Positions 7,494 through 18,176 of a stretch of DNA of 64,000 nt are shown in pieces. The DNA is taken from assembly GCA_943358095.1 (NCBI GenBank), contig CALRGT010000003.1, forward strand, positions 6,169 to 70,168, read 5' to 3'. Position 1 is the first letter of the stretch. Each line of letters begins with the position of its first letter. The DNA is from an uncultured Candidatus Saccharimonas sp. (GTDB lineage: Bacteria; Patescibacteriota; Saccharimonadia; Saccharimonadales; AQU-01). Below the pieces are notes generated by a model. That model made no database searches and was not told the DNA's origin. It saw only the letters and a program-made list of their open reading frames with translations. A program made the translations under genes and the position numbers.

Positions 7494-9104
7494 ATGCACG
7501 CAAAGAGTATAATAGGACACAGTTATATGGATCCGTCTACAAAAAAATCTGATATATTTATTTTGCTCCAAGAGCAGTTATTAAATGCGCGCGCGAACGA
7601 CCAGCTTATTCGCGCCGACAACACCAAAGGCAAGAAGATCACCGTGCCTAATACAGGCAAGGCTATATCGTCAGCCTACGAGCAGTTGCGCAATGCTGCC
7701 GAGTACGCAGAAGATCATTTAATTTTGCAGAGAGCGATTAGAAGATTTTTGAAGCGTAGTTTGTTTATCGGCAAGGTTGAGTTGGTTGATCTTGGTGAGG
7801 ATTTAATTATAGAACTCGTGCAAGCAGGTTATCTTAAGGAGACGGAGCTAGGCTCAAAAGTTGCCGGCTCTATTAGTCAGTTAGCAGCTAGCTACGAGGA
7901 TGTTTATCACCGGCTTCGGCAATCGCATGTTACTAAGGTACAGGCTCAAGATTGGGTGCTATCTATATTGTCGGTAGAGATTGAGTCGATCCTGAACCCT
8001 CAAAACCATCATTACGCACTATTATATGTTGCTCAGTATCATTTTATGGATATGCTGCCGCGCCGAAAACTTGTTGTTAATCAAACCGAAGATGATCAAT
8101 ACGAGATTTCATTATATGCGGCCGTACATCTTGCCTTGTTTAAGTCAGATATAGCAGTGGTTAGGCACGATATAATGCGCGTTTATCAGCAATCTCCAGA
8201 CGATTTGAAGGGTTTTATATCTATGAACCGACATATTGACGATTTGTATCTCGCCAAGCTAACTCATCGACTTAGGCGTAATGTCGGCAAGAACGGTGCT
8301 CCGTTTAGGATTCTTAAAAGTATGTGCGACGATTTCCCCAATACAGTAGACATGCTCAGTGATCGTCAGCAGTTTCTGCAGGCATACAGACGACAAATTG
8401 ATATCGAGTTCGAGAATGTACACAAAAGAGTGAACAAGGGAATTGTTAAGAGTATTTTCTTTATCCTTATTACAAAAGTTATTATCGGTGTTGGCATTGA
8501 GGTTCCCTATGATCTTGTAACTACTGGCGCAGTAGCTGGCGTTCCGTTGCTGGTGAATCTTGCCACGCCTCCACTTTATATGGCAAGTCTAAAGTTTAGT
8601 CTTAAATCGCCACAATCACTTAGCAAGCAGACTCTCATAGAATATATAAACACTATGATTTACACTGACGACAAGCCGCCTCTATTGATGGTTAGGCCGG
8701 TGTCTAGTAGTCGATATATGGTTAATTGGGTGTATTCTATTTTGTTCTTTGTGCCGTTCGCTTTGCTTGTTTATATTCTAAAATTGCTAGATTTTAATAT
8801 TCCACAGATGATCATATTCTTTACATTCTTATCTACTGCCAGCTTCCTAGGTTTCCGACTGAGCAGTAAGATTCGTGAAGTTGAATTCGGCGATCGTCAG
8901 TCATCCGGTTTTATGACGTCATTAAGAGATTTTTTCTATCTGCCGTTTATAGTTTTTGGGCAATGGATATCTGGTAAGTATTCTAAGATTAATTTAGTAA
9001 GTAATGTGCTGGATATTGTTATAGAGTTGCCGTTAAAGACAATACTTAAATTAGCGCGTCAGTGGGTTACTTTCCTAGATCAAAAACAAGAAGAAATATA
9101 CTAG
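7494..9104 (+). CDS. hypothetical membrane protein (soluble N-terminal ~320 aa, C-terminal multi-TM region)
   Basis: 536-aa ORF with 4-6 hydrophobic helices in the C-terminal third. No family confidently recognised. Confidence 0.6.
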   Translation: MHAKSIIGHSYMDPSTKKSDIFILLQEQLLNARANDQLIRADNTKGKKITVPNTGKAISSAYEQLRNAAEYAEDHLILQRAIRRFLKRSLFIGKVELVDLGEDLIIELVQAGYLKETELGSKVAGSISQLAASYEDVYHRLRQSHVTKVQAQDWVLSILSVEIESILNPQNHHYALLYVAQYHFMDMLPRRKLVVNQTEDDQYEISLYAAVHLALFKSDIAVVRHDIMRVYQQSPDDLKGFISMNRHIDDLYLAKLTHRLRRNVGKNGAPFRILKSMCDDFPNTVDMLSDRQQFLQAYRRQIDIEFENVHKRVNKGIVKSIFFILITKVIIGVGIEVPYDLVTTGAVAGVPLLVNLATPPLYMASLKFSLKSPQSLSKQTLIEYINTMIYTDDKPPLLMVRPVSSSRYMVNWVYSILFFVPFALLVYILKLLDFNIPQMIIFFTFLSTASFLGFRLSSKIREVEFGDRQSSGFMTSLRDFFYLPFIVFGQWISGKYSKINLVSNVLDIVIELPLKTILKLARQWVTFLDQKQEEIY

Positions 9105-9165
9105 ATTACTGATAGGTCACTTATTCCACTCCGCAACTCATTGTGTTGTTAGCCTATCTATTAAT

Positions 9166-9203
9166 AAATATACCGCTAGCCAATGACTAGCGGTATATTT
9201 GTT
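9166..9203. terminator. bidirectional terminator between convergent genes
   Basis: 13-bp stem AATATACCGCTAG / CTAGCGGTATATT, loop CCAATGA, T-rich 3' flank. Confidence 0.7.
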
Positions 9204-9222
9204 CTAGATCTATGTAAATCTT

Positions 9223-11154
9223 CTATTCGAAGGTTACTGGTACTAGTTCGGCGTTAAGCCTCGAGTCTTGGCCTAGTCCGTAGTAGTCATAGGCAGGACT
9301 TGAGTTGTTTGCAAGTGAGGTGTATAGAAGTGAACGTAGTTTCCTGATACCCTTGTGACGCTTAGGAATAAATCTTTCACGTGCTACGTAAATAATCCAG
9401 TCTTTCATGTCGTCGTTTGGTGTTAGTTTGTCATTTGCGGCAATGTCACGTATTACTTGTTCGACATCAGGCTGTTCCATGAAGCCAAAGTTAGCGCTAA
9501 TTGCAAGTAGACTAGTGCCTTTCTTGTGGTTGTTCTCGAACTCTTTAATCGTGTAACGATCGGCCTCGTCAACATATGGTCGCTTAATTTGTTTAATGTT
9601 AAGGCTAATAATATGGTTTGGTAGACTTTGGTAACGATTAATGAATAGCTCGAGCAGTGGTGGCGCCATGTCGGTAAGCTTATTGACGCTACGGTCAGAT
9701 AGTACTAATAGGCTACGTTCAAAGACGTGCTCTTGCTTGTGCTTAATTTTCAATATTTTGGCAATGGTAAGGGTCGAGTGACTGTTCAGGGTCTTAGACC
9801 AGTGGTGGCGACCCCATCCCCACGCACCCATAACCGCTGACAGCGTTAAGCCTATTGTGATCGGAACATAACCGCCCTGGAAGAACTTTAGACTATTTGC
9901 AGTCAGGAACATACTGTCAAGCGCTAAGATCGGCAAGAAAACAGCAAGACTTACAAGTTTTGACCATCTCCAAATTTTTTGGGAGATTAAAATCATACTT
10001 AAGGTAGTCACAAACATTACGCCCGAAACAGCCAGGCCGTAGGCACTGGCCAGATTGGTGCTACTGCCAAAGCCAATCACTAGAAGTACACAGCCAACAT
10101 ATAGGGCCCAGTTTACGAACGAGATATAGATCTGACCATGGTGGTGTTCGTGGGTATGGCTGATACGGAGACGCGGCAAGAGGCCTAGAGCGATACCCTG
10201 TGATGTTAGACTAAAAGCCCCAGAAATAAGGGCTTGGCTTGCGATTACCGTTGCCAGGCTGGCAAGAATTACCATTGGAACGAGAAGTGCAGACGGAACT
10301 AAGCTATAGAAAAGACTCCCACCTATTACTTCTCGGCCTTGGAGTAGAAAAGCACCTTGGCCCAAGTAATTTAATATCAGGCAGGGCATAACAACAACGA
10401 ACCAACTTATACGAATTGGTAGTGCCCCAAAATGTCCCATATCGGCATATAACGCTTCGCCTCCGGTTATGACCAGCACAACCGATCCAAGTAAAATAAA
10501 TAATTTTTCAATCGGGAATAGCGTAAACGCACGTACGGCAAATGCAGGGTTAAATGCTTCCAGAATAGAAGCATCACTAATAATTTCGCGGATACCGAGT
10601 GCAGCCAGTGATATGAACCATATCAATATAATTGGTCCAAATAACTTACCAATCTTATGTGTGCCATATGACTGGATCGCAAATAGGCCTGTTAGTATCA
10701 ATATAGTAATTGGGACAATATATGCGCTTAGTGTTGGGGTAATCACTCTAAGGCCTTCGACGGCAGACAGTACACTGATAGCAGGGGTGATCACACCTTC
10801 ACCAAATAAAAGTCCAGCTGACATCATGAGTAAGGCAAAAACTGGCAAAACAATTTTTTGCCTATATCGTTGAAGAAGCGCGAAAAGTGAAAAGACTCCA
10901 CCCTCTCCTTCGTTATCGGCTCTAAGTACCCAAAATATGTACTTAAAAGCAATGACAATAATAAGTGTCCAAATTATAAGGGATATTAGGCTAAGTATAT
11001 TTGTTCTGGACAGTTCTGGCCTAAAGTGCCCAAAGAACATTTCGTTTACTGAATACAGTGGACTGGTGCCGATATCGCCGTAGACTATACCGAGTGCACC
11101 AAATGATAATCCGAGCACTCCTAATTTGGAGCGCTTTGTAAGGTGATCTGACAT
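9223..11154 (-). CDS. kup: KUP/HAK/KT family potassium transporter
   Basis: 643 aa, 12 TM plus cytosolic C-domain. N-terminal GALGIVYGDIGTSPLY and ADNEGEGG motifs are diagnostic of Kup. Confidence 0.95.
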   Translation of the reverse strand: MSDHLTKRSKLGVLGLSFGALGIVYGDIGTSPLYSVNEMFFGHFRPELSRTNILSLISLIIWTLIIVIAFKYIFWVLRADNEGEGGVFSLFALLQRYRQKIVLPVFALLMMSAGLLFGEGVITPAISVLSAVEGLRVITPTLSAYIVPITILILTGLFAIQSYGTHKIGKLFGPIILIWFISLAALGIREIISDASILEAFNPAFAVRAFTLFPIEKLFILLGSVVLVITGGEALYADMGHFGALPIRISWFVVVMPCLILNYLGQGAFLLQGREVIGGSLFYSLVPSALLVPMVILASLATVIASQALISGAFSLTSQGIALGLLPRLRISHTHEHHHGQIYISFVNWALYVGCVLLVIGFGSSTNLASAYGLAVSGVMFVTTLSMILISQKIWRWSKLVSLAVFLPILALDSMFLTANSLKFFQGGYVPITIGLTLSAVMGAWGWGRHHWSKTLNSHSTLTIAKILKIKHKQEHVFERSLLVLSDRSVNKLTDMAPPLLELFINRYQSLPNHIISLNIKQIKRPYVDEADRYTIKEFENNHKKGTSLLAISANFGFMEQPDVEQVIRDIAANDKLTPNDDMKDWIIYVARERFIPKRHKGIRKLRSLLYTSLANNSSPAYDYYGLGQDSRLNAELVPVTFE

Positions 11155-11276
11155 TATTACCTCTTAATTGATTAATTATTGTAAAAGCTTGGAGAAGTTT
11201 TTGTTTGAATTTAAGTGCCTATAGTAACACATCTAAATACGCAAAAAAAGTCTTTTCAGATATAATTTATTTAGCT

Positions 11277-11666
11277 ATGAATACAGCACCAAACAATGAG
11301 CCAGAAAGAAGCGTCGAATCTGAAGAGATTCGCCTTGGTGTTCATAATATAGACCCGACAAGGGATATGAGTATATCTGCTAAAGATTCAGAAGGTAGGG
11401 CGGTAAGTCTTAGTGACTTCCGTACGGAAAATAACGGAGAAGATGACGACGAGCATGTTTTGGCCAGAGTAGGCTATACGACAAAAGATGGAGAGTTCCA
11501 AGCCGAAGAAGTTCGGATGAGCAAAAGAGTCGTTGCAGCCGGCAAAACAACAATGGAGGTTGTTCAGCGCAACAAGGGTAAGATTGCTGTTGTTGGGTCG
11601 GTTGTGGTCGCTATTGCAGCTGGAACTGGGTTGTTGATACGTCGCAATCATCGTAGTGGCGACTAA
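11277..11666 (+). CDS. hypothetical protein with C-terminal TM anchor
   Basis: In-frame ATG 10 nt after a TATAAT box (11261-11266). The TTG at 11205 in the ORF track is less likely. No family recognised. Confidence 0.5.
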   Translation: MNTAPNNEPERSVESEEIRLGVHNIDPTRDMSISAKDSEGRAVSLSDFRTENNGEDDDEHVLARVGYTTKDGEFQAEEVRMSKRVVAAGKTTMEVVQRNKGKIAVVGSVVVAIAAGTGLLIRRNHRSGD

Positions 11667-11742
11667 ATTATTCCGCATATTATTTACAGAGACGTTGAGT
11701 CTAGAGCTCTAATCCTATAGAATGAACTGGATAAGATATAAT

Positions 11743-11816
11743 GGCGCCTTGGCCGAGCAGTTAGGCAGAGGTCTGCAAAACCTCGTAGATGGGTGCGACT
11801 CCCATAGGTGCCTCCA
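11743..11816 (+). tRNA. tRNA-Cys(GCA)
   Basis: Acceptor GGCGCCT/AGGTGCC. Anticodon stem GAGGT/ACCTC with loop CTGCAAA. T-stem ATGGG/CCCAT with atypical T-loop TGCGACT. Discriminator T + CCA. TATAAT directly upstream. Confidence 0.8.
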
Positions 11817-11834
11817 ATGATATACTTATATTAT

Positions 11835-11922
11835 GGGCGAGTGGCGGAATTGGTATACGCGATAGACTTAAAATCTGTTGACTGAATAAGTCTTGTGGGT
11901 TCAAGTCCCACCTCGCCCACCA
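11835..11922 (+). tRNA. tRNA-Leu(TAA)
   Basis: Acceptor GGGCGAG/CTCGCCC. Anticodon stem ATAGA/TCTGT with loop CTTAAAA. Long variable arm, T-loop TTCAAGT, encoded ACCA. Confidence 0.9.
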
Positions 11923-11932
11923 TAATAAAATG

Positions 11933-11954
11933 CTCCCTTTTTAGGGAGTTTTTT
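11933..11954. terminator. terminator after tRNA-Cys/Leu pair
   Basis: Hairpin CTCCC-ttttta-GGGAG followed by TTTTTT, with an A-run on the other side. Confidence 0.7.
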
Positions 11955-11961
11955 ATTACTG

Positions 11962-12690
11962 CTAGTATTTCCACTGATCAGGTATTTTGTTGATGCACTC
12001 TGGAATTTTCTGTAATTCGTTTAGACCGGATCGGCCAATGCAGCGGATATTCTTCATGGCCTTATTAGTAAAGCTGCCTTGTTCTATTATCGAGCCATCG
12101 TCGGCAATGTAGCTGAAGGGGTCTGCAAAATAGTTGCCAAGGAATTTTGCCGATCCTTCCATGAATGTTTTTGCGCTTGCGGGAACGGAATTACCAAGCC
12201 TAAGCTGTTCGTTTGCCAGTAGGACGCTATTAAGCAAGAAGCTTTTTCGGGGTCCAGCTACATTGTGCAAATCTGATTCTACTACTAGTGTTGCTTCGTT
12301 GGTGGGCCTTGGTTGGCCGAGCTGTGTTGCTATAATCGCTATTTCAACTTTTTCGACATAGTCTTCGTCGTGGCCCATTTCTAATAAATTAGTTCTGGCA
12401 GTTGCTGCGGCCAGAGCCTCCTTGCTGACAAAGCCATTTTTTTGCGGGTCTAGTTGAAAGTCGGCGTCATGCCATAAAATTGCATCGTCAACTACGTCAG
12501 CATCTAGCGTTACTCCAAGCCGGCTCAGATTAGGAATCCGCTTGCTTGCATACTCTCTCATAGACGTCACATGATTCCAATTATGATAGTCAAGATTGTA
12601 GTAGTGAGTCTTTGCTAGCTCTTGGGAGTAGGCCCTAAGTTCGGGAGAAGATTTATCCATTGTTATTTCATTATAATAGAGTATTGTCAA
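11962..12690 (-). CDS. hypothetical protein, possible HD-domain phosphohydrolase
   Basis: H...HD pattern (NWNHVTS ... ILWHDADF). Weak assignment. Confidence 0.4.
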   Translation of the reverse strand: MTILYYNEITMDKSSPELRAYSQELAKTHYYNLDYHNWNHVTSMREYASKRIPNLSRLGVTLDADVVDDAILWHDADFQLDPQKNGFVSKEALAAATARTNLLEMGHDEDYVEKVEIAIIATQLGQPRPTNEATLVVESDLHNVAGPRKSFLLNSVLLANEQLRLGNSVPASAKTFMEGSAKFLGNYFADPFSYIADDGSIIEQGSFTNKAMKNIRCIGRSGLNELQKIPECINKIPDQWKY

Positions 12691-12753
12691 GTATGCAAGA
12701 TGTTGCGATTAGAGGTATAATACAAGTACATTTAAGTAAGAGGGATTTAAAAA

Positions 12754-13314
12754 ATGACTATATATTATATTATCGGCGCTATCCTATTGTTGGTTGCAAT
12801 TATTGCCTCAATGTACAACGGTTTAGTTAAGATAAACACAAGAGTAGACGAAGCTTGGAGCGATATTACTGTCCAACTCAAAAGACGCACAGATTTGATA
12901 CCAAATCTTATAAATACCGTTAAGGGCTATGCCAAGCACGAAAAAGAAGTGTTCGAGCAAGTTACCGAGGCTAGATCTGGTTTGATGAACGCTCAAGGCG
13001 TCGCAGAAACAGCTAAGGCCGAGAATGCCTTCCAACAAACCCTAAAGAGTTTATTTGCGGTTGCAGAAGCTTATCCAGACTTGAAGGCAAACGAAAGCTT
13101 TCAGCAATTACAGACTGAACTAGTTGATACTGAAGACAAGATTCAGGCCTCACGACGATTTTATAATGGTTCTGTACGCGACCTAAATGTTAAAGTAAAG
13201 GTTTTCCCAACCAATATTTTTGCAAACATGCTAGGTTTTAAGGTGCGCGAATTTTTTGAAGTTGCGGAGAGCGAGCAGGCAGAAATCCAGAAACCTGTCG
13301 AAGCTAAATTTTAA
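12754..13314 (+). CDS. lemA: LemA family protein
   Basis: N-terminal TM then [32 protein letters not shown] and [12 protein letters not shown], a typical LemA signature. Confidence 0.9.
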   Translation: MTIYYIIGAILLLVAIIASMYNGLVKINTRVDEAWSDITVQLKRRTDLIPNLINTVKGYAKHEKEVFEQVTEARSGLMNAQGVAETAKAENAFQQTLKSLFAVAEAYPDLKANESFQQLQTELVDTEDKIQASRRFYNGSVRDLNVKVKVFPTNIFANMLGFKVREFFEVAESEQAEIQKPVEAKF

Positions 13315-13391
13315 CAAAATCTACAAGTTGATGATTGATATGATCAATACCACGAAAGGAATGCTAGAAACTATTTGCTAGCGGATAACTT

Positions 13392-14273
13392 ATGTACTCT
13401 GAGATAGAAAGCAATAAGCGCAAAACATGGTTTCTGATGTTTAGTTTTGCTGTTTTTATAACTCTACTGGGCTATATTTTTAGTAAAGCTTATGGGCAGC
13501 CTTCTATAACTTTTGCAGTAGGTATAGGAGCGATTTTCTACACTGTTTTTCAATATTTTGTTGCAGACAAATTAGCTACGGCCGTGAACGGGGCCAAGCA
13601 AATTACAAAAGCAGATAATCCAAGGTACTGGCGAATTGTAGAAAATCTTGCAATAACAGATGGATTACCAATGCCGAAAGTCTATATCATAGAAGATCCT
13701 TCGCCTAACGCTTTTGCCTCTGGGCGAGATCCAAATCATGCCTTGGTATGTGCGACTACCGGTATTTTAGATATTATGACCGACAGCGAACTCCAGGGGG
13801 TATTTGCGCACGAGATGGGTCACATTAAGAACTATGACATTAGAGTTAGTATGATAGTTTTTGGATTAGTTAGCCTAGTGGCGATATTAAGCGATATATT
13901 TTTGCGCATGATGTTTTGGGGTAACAACGACAATGACAACAACAATAATAACGCTATTTTCATTGTGCTAGGAATTGCAGCGGCAATATTAGCGCCAGTA
14001 GCGGCCACTCTCATACAGTTATCCATCAGCAGGAATAGAGAATATTTGGCAGATGCAACCGGTGCATTAACGACCCGCTATCCACAAGCTTTGGCTAGCG
14101 CTTTACAGAAGATTGAACAATCCGGTAGCGTACTTCGTAAGCAGAATACATCTACAGCTCATTTGTTTTTTGCCAACCCACTAAAAAAGAAGAGTTTACT
14201 AAATATGTTCAGCACACATCCACCTATCGAGGAGAGAATTAAACGACTTCAAGGAATGGATTTGCACGCTTAA
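13392..14273 (+). CDS. htpX: M48 family zinc metalloprotease HtpX
   Basis: HEMGHIKNYD zinc motif, 4 TM, C-terminal STHPPIEERIKRL. Contains an Asn/Asp low-complexity insert. Confidence 0.9.
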   Translation: MYSEIESNKRKTWFLMFSFAVFITLLGYIFSKAYGQPSITFAVGIGAIFYTVFQYFVADKLATAVNGAKQITKADNPRYWRIVENLAITDGLPMPKVYIIEDPSPNAFASGRDPNHALVCATTGILDIMTDSELQGVFAHEMGHIKNYDIRVSMIVFGLVSLVAILSDIFLRMMFWGNNDNDNNNNNAIFIVLGIAAAILAPVAATLIQLSISRNREYLADATGALTTRYPQALASALQKIEQSGSVLRKQNTSTAHLFFANPLKKKSLLNMFSTHPPIEERIKRLQGMDLHA

Positions 14274-14274
14274 T

Positions 14275-15288
14275 ATGGCTACCAAAAAGAGTGCTCCCAA
14301 GCAAGAGTTCAAGATAATCAAAAAGACTAAAAAGTTATTTGTTAAAAAAACCGACATCAAGACAGCTACTGTTGGCTCGGCAAAGCGGCCGCGTAAAATC
14401 AAACAAGCCGAGCATAAATCTTTCAAACTAAGTAAGCGGATTAAGCACTATAATCGACCTATTGCCGGCCCGATAAAACTTACAAGGTATACATTTCGAC
14501 CGTTCATAAAGCACTGGCGTTTATACGCTGGTATCGTGCTAGTTTATTTAGTGCTAAATGTTATTTTTGTGCATGGTTTTGGTAGTGGAATTGATCTAGT
14601 GGCTCTAAAGGAATCTATTCAAAACAATAAAGCCGCAGATCAGGGTAATCTCGCGACAGCTACGACGCTTTTTAGCTATCTACTAACTTCTAATGGCGGT
14701 AGTTCGGCGGGTACTGGACTATTTCAAACACTGCTAGTACTTCTGGTGAGTCTGTCTATTATCTGGACTCTAAGGCAGATTACTGTTGAATCAAAAATTA
14801 GAATTCGCGACGCTTTTTATAAAAGTACCGGTCAATTAATACCGTTCATTCTTGTGTTAACTGTAGTCGCCTTGCAACTAATTCCGTTAATAGCCGCAAA
14901 CTGGTTGATCACAAACATTATTGGTGGCGGGGTAGCTTCTGCTGCTGTAGAGAGGTTTGTAACATATATAATTGCCGGACTGTTCACGTTGTTATCGTTG
15001 TACATGTTGAGCTCATCATTATTCGCATTATATATAGTAACCCTGCCAGACATGACGCCTTTTAAGGCGCTTAAGGGAGCCAGAAAACTTGTTATGCACC
15101 GACGCTGGACTATCATGCGTAAAATAATCTTCTTGCCATTCTTGCTGATAATTACAGGGGCTGCGATTATGTTGCCGATGCTATTATTGCTACCTTCTTT
15201 TGCGTCGTGGGTGTACTTCATATTGTCGCTACTGATACCGTTTGTTATTCATAGCTATATGTACAGTTTGTATCGGGAATTACTGTGA
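14275..15288 (+). CDS. hypothetical polytopic membrane protein with Lys-rich N-terminus
   Basis: 337-aa ORF starting 2 nt after the htpX stop. 5-6 TM helices. No family recognised. Confidence 0.6.
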   Translation: MATKKSAPKQEFKIIKKTKKLFVKKTDIKTATVGSAKRPRKIKQAEHKSFKLSKRIKHYNRPIAGPIKLTRYTFRPFIKHWRLYAGIVLVYLVLNVIFVHGFGSGIDLVALKESIQNNKAADQGNLATATTLFSYLLTSNGGSSAGTGLFQTLLVLLVSLSIIWTLRQITVESKIRIRDAFYKSTGQLIPFILVLTVVALQLIPLIAANWLITNIIGGGVASAAVERFVTYIIAGLFTLLSLYMLSSSLFALYIVTLPDMTPFKALKGARKLVMHRRWTIMRKIIFLPFLLIITGAAIMLPMLLLLPSFASWVYFILSLLIPFVIHSYMYSLYRELL

Positions 15289-17315
15289 ACAAGCCCGATG
15301 CAATAAATAGGCTAAGTAAATTAATTTCTCAGCTCTCGCAATATGCCTATGAGTATTATGTGCTCGACAAAACCACCGTTAGTGACGCTGTCTATGATGG
15401 TCTTATTCAAGAGGTAAAAAAGATCGAGGAGGAATATCCTGATCTTATTTCGCCCGAATCGCCGACGCAAAGAGTTGGGGCTGGTCCTGCGGATGACTTT
15501 CAGAAAGTTCCGCACTCTACCAGAATGCTTAGCTTGAACGACGTCTTTAGCAGAGAAGAAGTTGAAGCGTGGGTGTTAAGAATGGAGAAGTTGATACCAG
15601 GCAGTAAGCACGAATATTCTGCAGAGATAAAGATGGATGGTTTGGCTTGTTCTTTGATATATCAGGACGGTGTTCTTATAAGAGCTATTACTAGAGGCGA
15701 CGGTTTTGTGGGCGAAGATGTGACGACTAATGTCCGCACTATTAAAAGCGTGCCACTAAAATTACGACATAATGATGAGTCGTCATCGGCTAGTAAATTC
15801 TTAAGCGGTCGTACAGAAATCCGTGGCGAAATTATTATGCTAAAGAAAGATTTCGAAAAATTGAATGCCGCGCGTGAGCTAAATGGACTTCCGGTATTTG
15901 CTAATCCTCGCAACTTAGCTGCCGGCACTATTAGGCAGCTTGATCCTAGGTTGGTGGCAGAAAGGCCCTTGCAGTTTAGGGCCTATGATTTGATACGCGA
16001 CGATGCCAGTGAAGTTCCGACTTACGTGTTTGCATATGAGACTATTCGACGTCTTGGAATTATTGTGACTCCAGAAAACGACATGTTTAGTAATATTCAG
16101 GACGTGATGGATTTTGTTGAAAAATGGGATAAGAAAAGGCACGCTCTGTCATTTAATACTGACGGCCTAGTGATTAAAATTAACGATCGTAAATTATATG
16201 CTGAGCTTGGCGTCGTGGGCAAGAATCCGCGCGCAGCTGTAGCCTACAAATACGCCGCTGAAGAAGCCACTACAATTGTGCGCGACATAGTGATTAGTAT
16301 TGGTAGGACAGGTGCAGCAACTCCTGTAGCAGTATTTGACCCTGTAGTTGTCGCCGGAACAACTGTTCAGCATGCTAGTCTGCATAACGCCGACGAGATT
16401 GCCCGTAAAGATATACGAGTTGGCGATACGGTTGTTATATATAAAGCGGGCGATATTATACCTCAGGTTCAGTCTGTAATAGAGAGTTTGCGTCCAAAAA
16501 ATTCTAAGCGTTTTAATATGGAGGATGAGCTGGCTACGCAGTTTCCAGGGCTACAGTTTGAGCGTCCTGAAGACGAAGTCGTATACCGTATAAAAGGCGA
16601 CGCTGGGAATATTTTACTAAAAAAAGCGCTAGAGCATTTTGCCAGTCGGGGTGCTCTTGATATAGAGAGTCTGGGCGAAAAAAACGTTGAAGCTCTTATC
16701 GACGCACAGCTTGTTTATGATTTGGCAGATATATATAGACTCAAAAAAGAAGATGTCTTGACGGTTGATAGGTTTGCCGAGATTTCGGCCAGTAAATTGG
16801 TGTCAGCGATAGCCGAAAAGCGTAATCCGCCAATGGCAAAATTCGTCTATGCTCTAGGTATACGACATGTTGGTACGCAAACAGCTATAGACCTAGCTCA
16901 CGCCTTTAAATCACTTGATACATTAGGCACAGCTACCTATAAACAGTTAATGTCAGTTGATGGTATAGGCGAAATCGTAGCAGACTCGATATTGATGTGG
17001 TTCGAGGACGATGATAACCAGAAGTTACTAGCAAAATTCCGCAACTTGAGTGTCTGGCCGGAGGACGACTCTGCTATTAATGGTAAGTTGACGAATAAAA
17101 GTTTTGTCGTTACGGGTACTTTGGAGTCGATGAGTCGTGACCAAGCTGCTGACAAGATTCGTGCACTTGGTGGCACATTTCAAAGCTCAGTCGGCAAGGG
17201 TACAACATATCTAGTTATGGGTACCAATGCTGGTAAATCCAAAGCCGAAAAAGCCCGAAAAGTTGGAACAGAAGTTATTGACGAGCCCGAACTGATTAAA
17301 ATTTTAGAAACTTAG
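15285..17315 (+). CDS. ligA: NAD-dependent DNA ligase
   Basis: Adenylation motif KMDGLA, OB fold, Zn finger region, HhH and C-terminal BRCT (FVVTGTL...GGTFQSSV). GTG start overlaps the upstream stop by 4 nt. Confidence 0.95.
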   Translation: MNKPDAINRLSKLISQLSQYAYEYYVLDKTTVSDAVYDGLIQEVKKIEEEYPDLISPESPTQRVGAGPADDFQKVPHSTRMLSLNDVFSREEVEAWVLRMEKLIPGSKHEYSAEIKMDGLACSLIYQDGVLIRAITRGDGFVGEDVTTNVRTIKSVPLKLRHNDESSSASKFLSGRTEIRGEIIMLKKDFEKLNAARELNGLPVFANPRNLAAGTIRQLDPRLVAERPLQFRAYDLIRDDASEVPTYVFAYETIRRLGIIVTPENDMFSNIQDVMDFVEKWDKKRHALSFNTDGLVIKINDRKLYAELGVVGKNPRAAVAYKYAAEEATTIVRDIVISIGRTGAATPVAVFDPVVVAGTTVQHASLHNADEIARKDIRVGDTVVIYKAGDIIPQVQSVIESLRPKNSKRFNMEDELATQFPGLQFERPEDEVVYRIKGDAGNILLKKALEHFASRGALDIESLGEKNVEALIDAQLVYDLADIYRLKKEDVLTVDRFAEISASKLVSAIAEKRNPPMAKFVYALGIRHVGTQTAIDLAHAFKSLDTLGTATYKQLMSVDGIGEIVADSILMWFEDDDNQKLLAKFRNLSVWPEDDSAINGKLTNKSFVVTGTLESMSRDQAADKIRALGGTFQSSVGKGTTYLVMGTNAGKSKAEKARKVGTEVIDEPELIKILET

Positions 17316-17340
17316 TCAGAATAAGCATAAGTGTTATATT

Positions 17341-18045
17341 GTGACTATGAAATATTCCAGTAATAAATTTTATTGTTTTTCGCCACCAGTAATGCTGGCA
17401 ACTATTATTATCGAACTTAGCTTGGCGATTTATACATTAGTTCGCTACAAACTAAATCCAAAGAAAAGATTAGTTCTTGCAATTTTGCTGTTATTGGCCA
17501 CGTTCCAGCTAGCGGAATATAGCGTCTGTGGACGGTTTAATCTTAATGCAGAAGCATGGTCGAGGGTCGGTTTTGTTGCTATTACGATGTTGCCACCTCT
17601 AGGTATACATTTGATAAAAGTAATAGCCGGCAAGAGTGCAAAGCTCTTGTTGCTCGTCGCCTATCTGTCTGCCTTGGTATGGATAGTGGCGTTTACTTTT
17701 AGCAGTAATGTATTTGCAGGCCAGGTGTGCGCAGGTAATTATGTGATATTTCGTCTAACCAGTACCGCAAATCTAGGTTATTTTATTTACTATTACTCCT
17801 GGTTGTTTATTAGTATATTTTTGGCTCTACATTGGTCGAGAAACACCAAAAAACAGACATCAAGGGCGTTAATGCTATTAGTCTTGGGGTATCTAGTATT
17901 TTTGGTGCCTACTACTGTAACAAACAGTTTATATCCTAATTCAGGCAGGGGTATACCTAGTATTATGTGTGGCTTTGCCGTTTTCTATGCGATTATCTTG
18001 GTATTCGGCGTTATGCCTTTGTCGCTTGACAAACGTAAAGCTTAA
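17341..18045 (+). CDS. hypothetical 7-TM membrane protein
   Basis: 234-aa hydrophobic ORF. No family confidently recognised. Confidence 0.55.
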   Translation: MTMKYSSNKFYCFSPPVMLATIIIELSLAIYTLVRYKLNPKKRLVLAILLLLATFQLAEYSVCGRFNLNAEAWSRVGFVAITMLPPLGIHLIKVIAGKSAKLLLLVAYLSALVWIVAFTFSSNVFAGQVCAGNYVIFRLTSTANLGYFIYYYSWLFISIFLALHWSRNTKKQTSRALMLLVLGYLVFLVPTTVTNSLYPNSGRGIPSIMCGFAVFYAIILVFGVMPLSLDKRKA

Positions 18046-18142
18046 GCTTTAAATGAATAGTATCTCGTGCGCTCTGCGGCGCGTGAAATAAAAACAACCA
18101 AAACAAAAAAAACCACCCGCCGCGGGTGGGCGCGCACGAATT

Positions 18143-18173
18143 ATAAAAACCCTATCAAGTATAGGGTTTTTAT
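18143..18173. terminator. bidirectional hairpin terminator
   Basis: Stem AAAAACCCTAT / ATAGGGTTTTT, loop CAAGT. A second GC-rich hairpin CCACCCG/CGGGTGG (18113-18129) with an A-run lies just upstream. Confidence 0.7.
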
Positions 18174-18176
18174 AAT

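Noticed and set aside
11155-11276. Possible c-di-AMP (ydaO/kimA-type) riboswitch upstream of kup, M-box upstream of corA, or T-box upstream of leuS
   Set aside because: The leader regions are too short (about 60-130 nt), and none of the conserved cores is visible.
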